Positions 9,655 to 23,305 of a DNA stretch of 64,000 nt are shown here, in pieces; within the stretch, counting starts at the first letter, position 1, and every line of letters begins with the position of its first letter. The stretch covers positions 9,424,001 to 9,488,000 of the forward strand of contig OZ059899.1 of assembly GCA_964057225.1 (NCBI GenBank). The letters are read 5' to 3'. The notes under the pieces were generated by a model, which saw only the letters and a list, made by a program, of their open reading frames with translations, ran no database searches and was not told where the DNA came from. The position numbers and the translations under genes are program-made. The stretch is from Auanema rhodensis. Lineage: Eukaryota; Animalia; Nematoda.

Positions 9655-10601
9655 TAAATTTTTTTCATTTCACTTGTCATTCATAAAAATCGAATTTATT
9701 TTTTTCAATGATTTTTTTTTGCAATGTGTCATAAGAATTACACAGTTGAACAAAACGTTTTTTAAGAATTTTCTTTGTTGTCAACATATATATTTTCCTG
9801 AAATTCGAAAGCATTTGGGATGGAAATTAGAAAGAAAAGAACTAGTTTTTCCTAATTTAAAACAAACAATAAGAAATAAAATGAAAAAGATTGTTAGATA
9901 TCCAATTTAAACTTATACATTTACTTCGATAAAGAGCCTATTAGATTGAAATTTTATGTCTTACAGTTCTCCAACAGAACAGACTGATCCTGATTTTTCT
10001 ACGATTACATAAAACTCTCGTTTGATATAAAAAAAGGAGAGGAACAACGTTTCCAGGATGTCAAGGATATCGAATCTAGTGATATTGTAGAAAAATGTAA
10101 TGTCAGCTCCATAGGTTTTCTCCTAATTTCTCTCATCACAATTGTCTTAGTTTTTTTCTCATAAGAGTTTCTGAAATCTTAGGTGAACAAGGCCGTATAA
10201 AATTTCCTGTAATTCGAAAGCATTTGGGATGGAATTTAGAAAGAAAAGAACTAGTTTTTTCTACTTTAAAACAAACAATAAGAAATAAAATGAAAAAGAT
10301 TGTTAGATATCCAATTTAAACTTACACATTTACTTCGATAAAAAGCCTATTAGTTTGAAATTTTATGTCTTACAGTTCTCCAACAGAACAGACTGATCCT
10401 GATTTTTCTACGATTACATAAAACTCTCGTTTGATATAAAAAAAGGAGAGGAATAACGTTTCCAGGATGTCAAGGATATCGAATCTAGTGATATTGTAGA
10501 AAAATGTAATGTCAGCTGCATAGGTTTTCTCCTAATTTCTCTCATCACAATTGTTTTAGTTTTTTTTTCTCATAAGAGTTTCTGAAATCTTAGTTGAACA
10601 A

Positions 10602-10674
10602 GGCCGCGTGGCGCAATGGATAACGCGTCTGCCTACGGAGCAGAAGATTGTAGGTTCGAATCCTGCCGTGGTCG
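10602..10674 (+). tRNA. tRNA-Arg-ACG: tRNA-Arg(ACG)
   Basis: Consensus copy; trailer TGAA instead of TAAA. Confidence 0.96.
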
Positions 10675-11622
10675 TGAATTTTTTTCATTTCACTTGTCAT
10701 TCATAAAAATCGAATTTATTTTTTTCAATGATTTTTTTTTGCAATGTGTCATAAGAATTACACAGTTGAACAAAACGTTTTTTAAGAATTTTCTTTGTTG
10801 TCAACATTTATATTTTCCTGGAATTCGAAAGCATTTGGGATGGAAATTAGAAAGAAAAGAACTAGTTTTTCCTACTTTAAAACAAACAATAAGAAATAAA
10901 ATGAAAAAGATTGTTAGATATCCAATTTAAACTCATACATTTACTTCGATAAAGAGCCTATTAGATTGAAATTTTATGTCTTACAGTTCTCCAACAGAAC
11001 AGACTGATCCTGATTTTTCTACGATTACATAAAACTCTCGTTTGATATAAAAAAAGGAGAGGAACAACGTTTCCAGGATGTCAAGGATATCGAATCTAGT
11101 GATATTGTAGAAAAATGTAATGTCAGCTCCATAGGTTTTCTCCTAATTTCTCTCATCACAATTGTCTTAGTTTTTTTTTCTTATAAGAGTTTCAGAAATC
11201 TTAGTTGAACAAGGCCGTATAAAATTTCCTGTAATTCGAAAGCATTTGGGATGGAATTTAGAAAGAAAAGAACTAGTTTTTCCTACTTTAAAACAAACAA
11301 TAAGAAATAAAATGAAAAAGATTGTTAGATATCCAATTTAAACTTATACATTTACTTCGATAAAAAGCCTATTAGTTTGAAATTTTATGTCTTACAGTTC
11401 TCCAACAGAACAGACTGATCCTGATTTTTCTACGATTACATAAAACTCTCGTTTGATATAAAAAAAGGAGAGGAATAACGTTTCCAGGATGTCAAGGATA
11501 TCGAATCTAGTGATATTGTAGAAAAATGTAATGTCAGCTCCATAGGTTTTCTCCTAATTTCTCTCATCACAATTGTCTTAGTTTTTTTTCTCATAAGAGT
11601 TTCTGAAATTTTAGTTGAACAA

Positions 11623-11695
11623 GGCCGCGTGGCGCAATGGATAACGCGTCTGCCTACGGAGCAGAAGATTGTAGGTTCGAATCCTGCCGTGGTCG
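11623..11695 (+). tRNA. tRNA-Arg-ACG: tRNA-Arg(ACG)
   Basis: Consensus copy. Confidence 0.96.
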
Positions 11696-12643
11696 TAAAT
11701 TTTTTTCATTTCACTTGTCATTCATAAAAATCGAATTTATTTTTTTCAATGATTTTTTTTTGCAATGTGTCATAAGAATTACACAGTTGAACAAAACGTT
11801 TTTTAAGAATTTTCTTTGTTGTCAACATATATATTTTCCTGAAATTCGAAAGCATTTGGGATGGAAATTAGAAAGAAAAGAACTAGTTTTTCCTAATTTA
11901 AAACAAACAATAAGAAATAAAATGAAAAAGATTGTTAGATATCCAATTTAAACTTATACATTTACTTCGATAAAGAGCCTATTAGATTGAAATTTTATGT
12001 CTTACAGTTCTCCAACAGAACAGACTGATCCTGATTTTTCTACGATTACATAAAACTCTCGTTTGATATAAAAAAAGGAGAGGAACAACGTTTCCAGGAT
12101 GTCAAGGATATCGAATCTAGTGATATTGTAGAAAAATGTAATGTCAGCTCCATAGGTTTTCTCCTAATTTCTCTCATCACAATTGTCTTAGTTTTTTTTT
12201 CTTATAAGAGTTTCAGAAATCTTAGTTGAACAAGGCCGTATAAAATTTCCTGTAATTCGAAAGCATTTGGGATGGAATTTAGAAAGAAAAGAACTAGTTT
12301 TTCCTACTTTAAAACAAACAATAAGAAATAAAATGAAAAAGATTGTTAGATATCCAATTTAAACTTATACATTTACTTCGATAAAAAGCCTATTAGTTTG
12401 AAATTTTATGTCTTACAGTTCTCCAACAGAACAGACTGATCCTGATTTTTCTACGATTACATAAAACTCTCGTTTGATATAAAAAAAGGAGAGGAATAAC
12501 GTTTCCAGGATGTCAAGGATATCGAATCTAGTGATATTGTAGAAAAATGTAATGTCAGCTCCATAGGTTTTCTCCTAATTTCTCTCATCACAATTGTCTT
12601 AGTTTTTTTTCTCATAAGAGTTTCTGAAATTTTAGTTGAACAA

Positions 12644-12716
12644 GGCCGCGTGGCGCAATGGATAACGCGTCTGCCTACGGAGCAGAAGATTGTAGGTTCG
12701 AATCCTGCCGTGGTCG
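12644..12716 (+). tRNA. tRNA-Arg-ACG: tRNA-Arg(ACG)
   Basis: Consensus copy. Confidence 0.96.
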
Positions 12717-13663
12717 TAAATTTTTTTCATTTCACTTGTCATTCATAAAAATCGAATTTATTTTTTTCAATGATTTTTTTTTGCAATGTGTCATAAGAAT
12801 TACACAGTTGAACAAAACGTTTTTTAAGAATTTTCTTTGTTGTCAACATATATATTTTCCTGGAATTCGAAAGCATTTGGGATGGAAATTAGAAAGAAAA
12901 GAACTAGTTTTTCCTACTTTAAAACAAACAATAAGAAATAAAATGAAAAAGATTGTTAGATATCCAATTTAAACTTATACATTTACTTCGATAAAGAGCC
13001 TGTTAGTTTGAAATTTTATGTCTTACAGTTCTCCAACAGAACAGACTGATCCTGATTTTTCTACGATTACATAAAACTCTCGTTTGATATAAAAAAAGGA
13101 GAGGAACAACGTTTCCAGGATGTCAAGGATATCGAATCTAGTGATATTGTAGAAAAATGTAATGTCAGCTCCATAGGTTTTCTCCTAATTTCTCTCATCA
13201 CAATTGTCTTAGTTTTTTTCTCATAAGAGTTTCTGAAATCTTAGGTGAACAAGGCCGTATAAAATTTCCTGTAATTCGAAAGCATTTGGGATGGAATTTA
13301 GAAAGAAAAGAACTAGTTTTTTCTACTTTAAAACAAACAATAAGAAATAAAATGAAAAAGATTGTTAGATATCCAATTTAAACTTACACATTTACTTCGA
13401 TAAAAAGCCTATTAGTTTGAAATTTTATGTCTTACAGTTCTCCAACAGAACAGACTGATCCTGATTTTTCTACGATTACATAAAACTCTCGTTTGATATA
13501 AAAAAAGGAGAGGAATAACGTTTCCAGGATGTCAAGGATATCGAATCTAGTGATATTGTAGAAAAATGTAATGTCAGCTGCATAGGTTTTCTCCTAATTT
13601 CTCTCATCACAATTGTTTTAGTTTTTTTTTCTCATAAGAGTTTCTGAAATCTTAGTTGAACAA

Positions 13664-13736
13664 GGCCGCGTGGCGCAATGGATAACGCGTCTGCCTACGG
13701 AGCAGAAGATTGTAGGTTCGAATCCTGCCGTGGTCG
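13664..13736 (+). tRNA. tRNA-Arg-ACG: tRNA-Arg(ACG)
   Basis: Consensus copy; trailer TGAA. Confidence 0.96.
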
Positions 13737-14683
13737 TGAATTTTTTTCATTTCACTTGTCATTCATAAAAATCGAATTTATTTTTTTCAATGATTTTTTT
13801 TTGCAATGTGTCATAAGAATTACACAGTTGAACAAAACGTTTTTTAAGAATTTTCTTTGTTGTCAACATTTATATTTTCCTGGAATTCGAAAGCATTTGG
13901 GATGGAAATTAGAAAGAAAAGAACTAGTTTTTCCTACTTTAAAACAAACAATAAGAAATAAAATGAAAAAGATTGTTAGATATCCAATTTAAACTCATAC
14001 ATTTACTTCGATAAAGAGCCTATTAGATTGAAATTTTATGTCTTACAGTTCTCCAACAGAACAGACTGATCCTGATTTCTCTATGATTACATAAAACTCC
14101 CGTTTGATATAAAAAAAGGAGAGGAATAACGTTTCCAGGATGTCAAGGATATCGAATCTAGTGATATTGTAGAGAAATGTAATGTCAGCTCCATAGGTTT
14201 TCTCTTGATTTCTCTCATCACAATTGTCTTAGTTTTTTTCTCATAAGAGTTTCTGAAATCTTAGGTGAACAAGGCCGTATAAAATTTCCTGTAATTCGAA
14301 AGCATTTGGGATGGAATTTAGAAAGAAAAGAACTAGTTTTTCCTACTTTAAAACAAACAATAAGAAATAAAATGAAAAAGATTGTTAGATATCCAATTTA
14401 AACTTATACATTTATTTCGATAAAAAGCCTATTAGTTTGAAATTTTATGTCTTACAGTTCTCCAACAGAACAGACTGATCCTGATTTTTCTACGATTACA
14501 TAAAACTCTCGTTTGATATAAAAAAAGGAGAGGAATAACGTTTCCAGGATGTCAAGGATATCGAATCTAGTGATATTGTAGAAAAATGTAATGTCAGCTC
14601 CATAGGTTTTCTCCTAATTTCTCTCATCACAATTGTCTTAGTTTTTTTTTCTCATAAGAGTTTCTGAAATCTTAGTTGAACAA

Positions 14684-14756
14684 GGCCGCGTGGCGCAATG
14701 GATAACGCGTCTGCCTACGGAGCAGAAGATTGTAGGTTCGAATCCTGCCGTGGTCG
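14684..14756 (+). tRNA. tRNA-Arg-ACG: tRNA-Arg(ACG)
   Basis: Consensus copy. Confidence 0.96.
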
Positions 14757-15703
14757 TAAATTTTTTTCATTTCACTTGTCATTCATAAAAATCGAATTTC
14801 TTTTTTTCAATTATTTTTTTTTGCAATGTGTCATAAGAATTACACAGTTGAACAAAACGTTTTTTAAGAATTTTCTTTGTTGTCAACATATATATTTTCC
14901 TGGAATTCGAAAGCATTTGGGATGGAAATTAGAAAGAAAAGAACTAGTTTTTCCTACTTTAAAACAAACAATAAGAAATAAAATGAAAAAGATTGTTAGA
15001 TATCCAATTTAAACTTATACATTTACTTCGATAAAGAGCCTATTAGATTGAAATTTTATGTCTTACAGTTCTCCAACAGAACAGACTGATCCTGATTTTT
15101 CTACGATTACATAAAACTCTCGTTTGATATAAAAAAAGGAGAGGAACAACGTTTCCAGGATGTCAAGGATATCGAATCTAGTGATATTGTAGAAAAATGT
15201 AATGTCAGCTCCATAGGTTTTCCCCTAATTTCTCTCATCACAATTGTCTTAGTTTTTTTCTCATAAGAGTTTCTGAAATCTTAGGTGAACAAGGCCGTAT
15301 AAAATTTCCTGTAATTCGAAAGCATTTGGGATGGAATTTAGAAAGAAAAGAACTAGTTTTTCCTACTTTAAAACAAACAATAAGAAATAAAATGAAAAAG
15401 ATTGTTAGATATCCAATTTAAACTTATACATTTACTTCGATAAAAAGCCTATTAGTTTGAAATTTTATGTCTTACAGTTCTCCAACAGAACAGACTGATC
15501 CTGATTTTTCTACGATTACATAAAACTCTCGTTTGATATAAAAAAAGGAGAGGAATAACGTTTCCAGGATGTCAAGGATATCGAATCTAGTGATATTGTA
15601 GAAAAATGTAATGTCAGCTCCATAGGTTTTCTCCTAATTTCTCTCATCACAATTGTTTTAGTTTTTTTTTCTCATAAGAGTTTCTGAAATCTTAGTTGAA
15701 CAA

Positions 15704-15776
15704 GGCCGCGTGGCGCAATGGATAACGCGTCTGCCTACGGAGCAGAAGATTGTAGGTTCGAATCCTGCCGTGGTCG
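15704..15776 (+). tRNA. tRNA-Arg-ACG: tRNA-Arg(ACG)
   Basis: Consensus copy. Confidence 0.96.
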
Positions 15777-16723
15777 TAAATTTTTTTCATTTCACTTGTC
15801 ATTCATAAAAATCGAATTTATTTTTTTCAATGATTTTTTTTTGCAATGTGTCATAAGAATTACACAGTTGAACAAAACGTTTTTTAAGAATTTTCTTTGT
15901 TGTCAACATATATATTTTCCTGGAATTCGAAAGCATTTGGGATGGAAATTAGAAAGAAAAGAACTAGTTTTTCCTACTTTAAAACAAACAATAAGAAATA
16001 AAATGAAAAAGATTGTTAGATATCCAATTTAAACTTATACATTTACTTCGATAAAGAGCCTATTAGATTGAAATTTTATGTCTTACAGTTCTCCAACAGA
16101 ACAGACTGATCCTGATTTCTCTATGATTACATAAAACTCCCGTTTGATATAAAAAAAGGAGAGGAATAACGTTTCCAGGATGTCAAGGATAGCGAATCTA
16201 GTGATATTGTAGAGAAATGTAATGTCAGCTCCATAGGTTTTCTCTTAATTTCTCTCATCACAATTGTCTTAGTTTTTTTCTCATAAGAGTTTCTGAAATC
16301 TTAGGTGAACAAGGCCGTATATAATTTCCTGTAATTCGAAAGCATTTGGGATGGAATTTAGAAAGAAAAGAACTAGTTTTTCCTACTTTAAAACAAACAA
16401 TAAGAAATAAAATGAAAAAGATTGTTAGATATCCAATTTAAACTTATACATTTACTTCGATGAAGAGCCTGTTAGTTTGAAATTTTATGTCTTACAGTTC
16501 TCCAACAGAACAGACTGATCCTGATTTTTCTACGATTACATAAAACTCTCGTTTGATATAAAAAAAGGAGAGGAATAACGTTTCCAGGATGTCAAGGATA
16601 TCGAATCTAGTGATATTATAGAAAAATGTAATGTCAGCTCCACAGGTTTTCTCCTAATTTCTCTCATCACAATTGTCTTAGTTTTTTTTTCTCATAAGAG
16701 TTTCTGAAATCTTAGTTGAACAA

Positions 16724-16796
16724 GGCCGCGTGGCGCAATGGATAACGCGTCTGCCTACGGAGCAGAAGATTGTAGGTTCGAATCCTGCCGTGGTCG
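16724..16796 (+). tRNA. tRNA-Arg-ACG: tRNA-Arg(ACG)
   Basis: Consensus copy. Confidence 0.96.
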
Positions 16797-17332
16797 TAAA
16801 TTTTTTTCATTTCACTTGTCATTCATAAAAATCGAATTTATTTTTTTCAATGATTTTTTTTTGCAATGTGTCATAAGAATTTCACAGTTGAACAAAACGT
16901 TTTTTAAGAAGTTTTTTTGTTGTCAACATATATATTTTGCTGGAATTCAAAAGCATTTGGGATGGAAATTAGAAAGAAAAGAACTAGTTTTTCCTACTTT
17001 AAAACAAACAATAAGAAATAAAATGAAAAAGATTGTTAGATATCCAATTTAAACTTATACATTTACTTCGATAAAGAGCCTATTAGTTTGAAATTTTATG
17101 TCTTACAGTTCTCCAACAGAACAGACTGATCCTGATTTCTCTATGATTACATAAAACTCTCGTTTGATATAAAAAAAGGAGAGGAATAACGTTTCCAGGA
17201 TGTCAAGGATATCGAATCTAGTGATATTGTAGAGAAATGTAATGTCAGCTTCATAGCTTTTCTCTTGATTTCTCTCATCACAATTGTCTTAGTTTTTTTC
17301 TCATAAGAGTTTCTGAAATCTCAGTTAAACAA

Positions 17333-17405
17333 GGCCGCGTGGCGCAATGGATAACGCGTCTGCCTACGGAGCAGAAGATTGTAGGTTCGAATCCTGCCGT
17401 GGTCG
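17333..17405 (+). tRNA. tRNA-Arg-ACG: tRNA-Arg(ACG)
   Basis: Consensus copy. Confidence 0.96.
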
Positions 17406-18351
17406 TAAATTTTTTTTATTTCACTTGTCATTCATAAAAATCGAATTTATTTTTTTCAACGACTATTTTTGCAATGTGTAATAAAAATTTCACAGTTTAA
17501 CAAAACGTTTTTTAAGAAGTTTTTTTGTTGTCAACATATATATTTTGCTGGAATTCGAAAGCATTTGGGATGGAAATTAGAAAGAAAAGAACTAGTTTTT
17601 CCTACTTTAAAACAAACAATAAGAAATAAAATGAAAAAGATTGTTAGATATCCAATTTAAACTTATACATTTACTTCGATAAAGAGCCTATTAGATTGAA
17701 ATTTTATGTCCTACAGTTCTCCAACAGAACAGACTGATCCTGATTTCTCTATGATTACATAAAACTCCCGTTTGATATAAAAAAAGGAGAGGAATAACGT
17801 TTCCAGGATGTCAAGGATATCGAATCTAGTGATATTGTAGAGAAATGTAATGTGAGCTCCATAGGTTTTCTCCTAATTTCTCTCATCACAATTGTCTTAG
17901 TTTTTTTTCTCATAAGAGTTTCTGAAATCTTAGGTGAACAAGGCCGTATATAATTTCCTGGAATTCGAAAGCATTTGGGATGGAATTTAGAAAGAAAAGA
18001 ACTAGTTTTTCCTACTTTAAAACAAACAATAAGAAATAAAATGAAAAAGATTGTTAGATATCCAATTTAAACTTATACATTTACTTCAATAAAGAGCCTA
18101 TTAGTTTGAAATTTTATGTCTTACAGTTCTCCAACAGAACAGACTGATCCTGATTTCTCTATGATTACATAAAACTCCCGTTTGATATGAAAAAAGAAGA
18201 GAAATAACGCTTCTAGGATATCAATGATATTGAATCTAGTGATATTGTAGAAAAATGTAATGTCAGCTCCATAGGTTTTCTCTTAATTTCTCTCATCACA
18301 ATTGTCTTAGTTTTTTTTCTCATAAGAGTTTCTGAAATCTTTGTTGAACAA

Positions 18352-18424
18352 GGTCGCGTGGCGCAATGGATAACGCGTCTGCCTACGGAGCAGAAGATTA
18401 TAGGTTCGAATCCTGCCGTGGTCG
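18352..18424 (+). tRNA. tRNA-Arg-ACG: tRNA-Arg(ACG), variant C3T+G49A
   Basis: As 3874. Confidence 0.85.
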
Positions 18425-19369
18425 TAAATTTTTTTCATTTCACTTGTCATTTACAAAAATCGAATTTATCTTCTTCAACGATTATTTTTGCAATGTGTCA
18501 TAAGAATTTCACAGTTGAACAAAACGTTTTTTAAGAAGTTTTTTTGTTGTCAACATATATATTTTGCTGGAATTCAAAAGCATTTGGGATGGAAGTTAGA
18601 AAGAAAAGAACTAGTTTTTCCTACTTTAAAACAAACAATAAGAAATAAAATGAAAAAGATTGTTAGATATCCAATTTAAACTTATACATTTACTTCGATA
18701 AAGAGCCTATTAGATTGAAATTTTATGTCTTACAGTTCTCCAACAGAACAGACTGATCCTGATTTTTCTACGATTACATAAAACTCTCGTTTGATATAAA
18801 AAAAGGAGAGGAACAAGGTTTCCAGGATGTCAAGGATATCGAATCTAGTGATGTTGTAGAAAAATGTAATGTCAGCTCCATAGGTTTTCTCCTAATTTCT
18901 CTCATCACAATTGTCTTAGTTTTTTTCTCATAAGAGTTTCTGAAATCTTAGGTGAACAAGGCCGTATAAAATTTCCTGTAATTCGAAAGCATTTGGGATG
19001 GAATTTAGAAAGAAAAGAACTAGTTTTTCCTACTTTAAAACAAACAATAAAAAATAAAATGAAAAAGATTGTTAGATATCCAATTTAAACTTATACATTT
19101 ACTTCGATAAGAAGCCTATTAGTTTGAAATTTTGTGTCTTACAGTTCTCCAACAGAACAGACTGATCCTGATTTTTCTACGATTACATAAAACTCTCGTT
19201 TGATATAAAAAAAGGAGAGGAATAACGTTTCCAGGATGTCAAGGATATCGAATCTAGTGATATTGTAGAAAAATGTAATGTCAGCTCCATAGGTTTTCTC
19301 CTAATTTCTCTCATCACAATTGTCTTAGTTTTTTTTCTCATAAGAGTTTCTGAAATCTTAGTTGAACAG

Positions 19370-19442
19370 GGCTGCGTGGCGCAATGGATAACGCGTCTGC
19401 CTACGGAGCAGAAGATTGTAGGTTCGAATCCTGCCGTGGTCG
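19370..19442 (+). tRNA. tRNA-Arg-ACG: tRNA-Arg(ACG), variant C4T
   Basis: Starts GGCTGCG, giving a T4-G69 wobble. Confidence 0.9.
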
Positions 19443-19978
19443 TAAATTTTTTTCATTTCACTTGTCATTCATAAAAATCGAATTTATTTTTTTCAATGAT
19501 TTTTTTTTGCAATGTGTCATAAGAATTTCACAGTTGAACAAAACGTTTTTTAAGAAGTTTTTTTGTTGTCAACATATATATTTTGCTGGAATTCAAAAGC
19601 ATTTGGGATGGAAATTAGAAAGAAAAGAACTAGTTTTTCCTACTTTAAAACAAACAATAAGAAATAAAATGAAAAAGATTGTTAGATATCCAATTTAAAC
19701 TTATACATTTACTTCGATAAAGAGCCTATTAGTTTGAAATTTTATGTCTTACAGTTCTCCAACAGAACAGACTGATCCTGATTTCTCTATGATTACATAA
19801 AACTCTCGTTTGATATAAAAAAAGGAGAGGAATAACGTTTCCAGGATGTCAAGGATATCGAATCTAGTGATATTGTAGAGAAATGTAATGTCAGCTTCAT
19901 AGCTTTTCTCTTGATTTCTCTCATCACAATTGTCTTAGTTTTTTTCTCATAAGAGTTTCTGAAATCTCAGTTAAACAA

Positions 19979-20051
19979 GGCCGCGTGGCGCAATGGATAA
20001 CGCGTCTGCCTACGGAGCAGAAGATTGTAGGTTCGAATCCTGCCGTGGTCG
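19979..20051 (+). tRNA. tRNA-Arg-ACG: tRNA-Arg(ACG)
   Basis: Consensus copy. Confidence 0.96.
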
Positions 20052-20586
20052 TAAATTTTTTTTATTTCACTTGTCATTCATAAAAATCGAATTTATTTTT
20101 TTCAACGACTATTTTTGCAATGTGTAATAAAAATTTCACAGTTTAACAAAACGTTTTTTAAGAAGTTTTTTTGTTGTCAACATATATATTTTGCTGGAAT
20201 TCGAAAGCATTTGGGATGGAAATTAGAAAGAAAAGAACTAGTTTTTCCTACTTTAAAACAAACAATAAGAAATAAAATGAAAAAGATTGTTAGATATCCA
20301 ATTTAAACTTATACATTTACTTCGATAAAGAGCCTATTAGTTTGAAATTTTATGTCTTACAGTTCTCCAACAGAACAGACTGATCCTGATTTCTCTATGA
20401 TTACATAAAACTCTCGTTTGATATAAAAAAAGGAGAGGAATAACGTTTCCAGGATGTCAAGGATATCGAATCTAGTGATATTGTAGAGAAATGTAATGTC
20501 AGCTTCATAGCTTTTCTCTTGATTTCTCTCATCACAATTGTCTTAGTTTTTTTCTCATAAGAGTTTCTGAAATCTCAGTTAAACAA

Positions 20587-20659
20587 GGCCGCGTGGCGCA
20601 ATGGATAACGCGTCTGCCTACGGAGCAGAAGATTGTAGGTTCGAATCCTGCCGTGGTCG
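20587..20659 (+). tRNA. tRNA-Arg-ACG: tRNA-Arg(ACG)
   Basis: Consensus copy. Confidence 0.96.
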
Positions 20660-21605
20660 TAAATTTTTTTTATTTCACTTGTCATTCATAAAAATCGAAT
20701 TTATTTTTTTCAACGACTATTTTTGCAATGTGTAATAAAAATTTCACAGTTGAACAAAACGTTTTTTAAGAATTTTCTTTGTTGTCAACATATATATTTT
20801 CCTGGAATTCGAAAGCATTTGGGATGGAAATTAGAAAGAAAAGAACTAGTTTTTCCTACTTTAAAACAAACAATAAGAAATAAAATGAAAAAGATTGTTA
20901 GATATCCAATTTAAACTTATACATTTACTTCGATAAAGAGCCTATTAGATTGAAATTTTATGTCCTACAGTTCTCCAACAGAACAGACTGATCCTGATTT
21001 CTCTATGATTACATAAAACTCCCGTTTGATATAAAAAAAGGAGAGGAATAACGTTTCCAGGATGTCAAGGATATCGAATCTAGTGATATTGTAGAGAAAT
21101 GTAATGTGAGCTCCATAGGTTTTCTCCTAATTTCTCTCATCACAATTGTCTTAGTTTTTTTTCTCATAAGAGTTTCTGAAATCTTAGGTGAACAAGGCCG
21201 TATATAATTTCCTGGAATTCGAAAGCATTTGGGATGGAATTTAGAAAGAAAAGAACTAGTTTTTTCTACTTTAAAACAAACAATAAGAAATAAAATGAAA
21301 AAGATTGTTAGATATCCAATTTAAACTTATACATTTACTTCAATAAAGAGCCTATTAGTTTGAAATTTTATGTCTTACAGTTCTCCAACAGAACAGACTG
21401 ATCCTGATTTCTCTATGATTACATAAAACTCCCGTTTGATATGAAAAAAGAAGAGAAATAACGCTTCTAGGATATCAATGATATTGAATCTAGTGATATT
21501 GTAGAAAAATGTAATGTCAGCTCCATAGGTTTTCTCTTAATTTCTCTCATCACAATTGTCTTAGTTTTTTTTCTCATAAGAGTTTCTGAAATCTTTGTTG
21601 AACAA

Positions 21606-21678
21606 GGTCGCGTGGCGCAATGGATAACGCGTCTGCCTACGGAGCAGAAGATTATAGGTTCGAATCCTGCCGTGGTCG
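21606..21678 (+). tRNA. tRNA-Arg-ACG: tRNA-Arg(ACG), variant C3T+G49A
   Basis: As 3874. Confidence 0.85.
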
Positions 21679-22623
21679 TAAATTTTTTTCATTTCACTTG
21701 TCATTTACAAAAATCGAATTTATCTTCTTCAACGATTATTTTTGCAATGTGTCATAAGAATTTCACAGTTGAACAAAACGTTTTTTAAGAAGTTTTTTTG
21801 TTGTCAACATATATATTTTGCTGGAATTCAAAAGCATTTGGGATGGAAGTTAGAAAGAAAAGAACTAGTTTTTCCTACTTTAAAACAAACAATAAGAAAT
21901 AAAATGAAAAAGATTGTTAGATATCCAATTTAAACTTATACATTTACTTCGATAAAGAGCCTATTAGATTGAAATTTTATGTCTTACAGTTCTCCAACAG
22001 AACAGACTGATCCTGATTTTTCTACGATTACATAAAACTCTCGTTTGATATAAAAAAAGGAGAGGAACAAGGTTTCCAGGATGTCAAGGATATCGAATCT
22101 AGTGATGTTGTAGAAAAATGTAATGTCAGCTCCATAGGTTTTCTCCTAATTTCTCTCATCACAATTGTCTTAGTTTTTTTCTCATAAGAGTTTCTGAAAT
22201 CTTAGGTGAACAAGGCCGTATAAAATTTCCTGTAATTCGAAAGCATTTGGGATGGAATTTAGAAAGAAAAGAACTAGTTTTTCCTACTTTAAAACAAACA
22301 ATAAAAAATAAAATGAAAAAGATTGTTAGATATCCAATTTAAACTTATACATTTACTTCGATAAGAAGCCTATTAGTTTGAAAATTTATGTCTTACAGTT
22401 CTCCAACAGAACAGACTGATCCTGATTTTTCTACGATTACATAAAACTCTCGTTTGATATAAAAAAAGGAGAGGAATAACGTTTCCAGGATGTCAAGGAT
22501 ATCGAATCTAGTGATATTGTAGAAAAATGTAATGTCAGCTCCATAGGTTTTCTCCTAATTTCTCTCATCACAATTGTCTTAGTTTTTTTTCTCATAAGAG
22601 TTTCTGAAATCTTAGTTGAACAG

Positions 22624-22696
22624 GGCTGCGTGGCGCAATGGATAACGCGTCTGCCTACGGAGCAGAAGATTGTAGGTTCGAATCCTGCCGTGGTCG
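22624..22696 (+). tRNA. tRNA-Arg-ACG: tRNA-Arg(ACG), variant C4T
   Basis: As 19370. Confidence 0.9.
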
Positions 22697-23232
22697 TAAA
22701 TTTTTTTCATTTCACTTGTCATTCATAAAAATCGAATTTATTTTTTTCAATGATTTTTTTTTGCAATGTGTCATAAGAATTTCACAGTTGAACAAAACGT
22801 TTTTTAAGAAGTTTTTTTGTTGTCAACATATATATTTTGCTGGAATTCAAAAGCATTTGGGATGGAAATTAGAAAGAAAAGAACTAGTTTTTCCTACTTT
22901 AAAACAAACAATAAGAAATAAAATGAAAAAGATTGTTAGATATCCAATTTAAACTTATACATTTACTTCGATAAAGAGCCTATTAGTTTGAAATTTTATG
23001 TCTTACAGTTCTCCAACAGAACAGACTGATCCTGATTTCTCTATGATTACATAAAACTCTCGTTTGATATAAAAAAAGGAGAGGAATAACGTTTCCAGGA
23101 TGTCAAGGATATCGAATCTAGTGATATTGTAGAGAAATGTAATGTCAGCTTCATAGCTTTTCTCTTGATTTCTCTCATCACAATTGTCTTAGTTTTTTTC
23201 TCATAAGAGTTTCTGAAATCTCAGTTAAACAA

Positions 23233-23305
23233 GGCCGCGTGGCGCAATGGATAACGCGTCTGCCTACGGAGCAGAAGATTGTAGGTTCGAATCCTGCCGT
23301 GGTCG
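23233..23305 (+). tRNA. tRNA-Arg-ACG: tRNA-Arg(ACG)
   Basis: Consensus copy. Confidence 0.96.
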
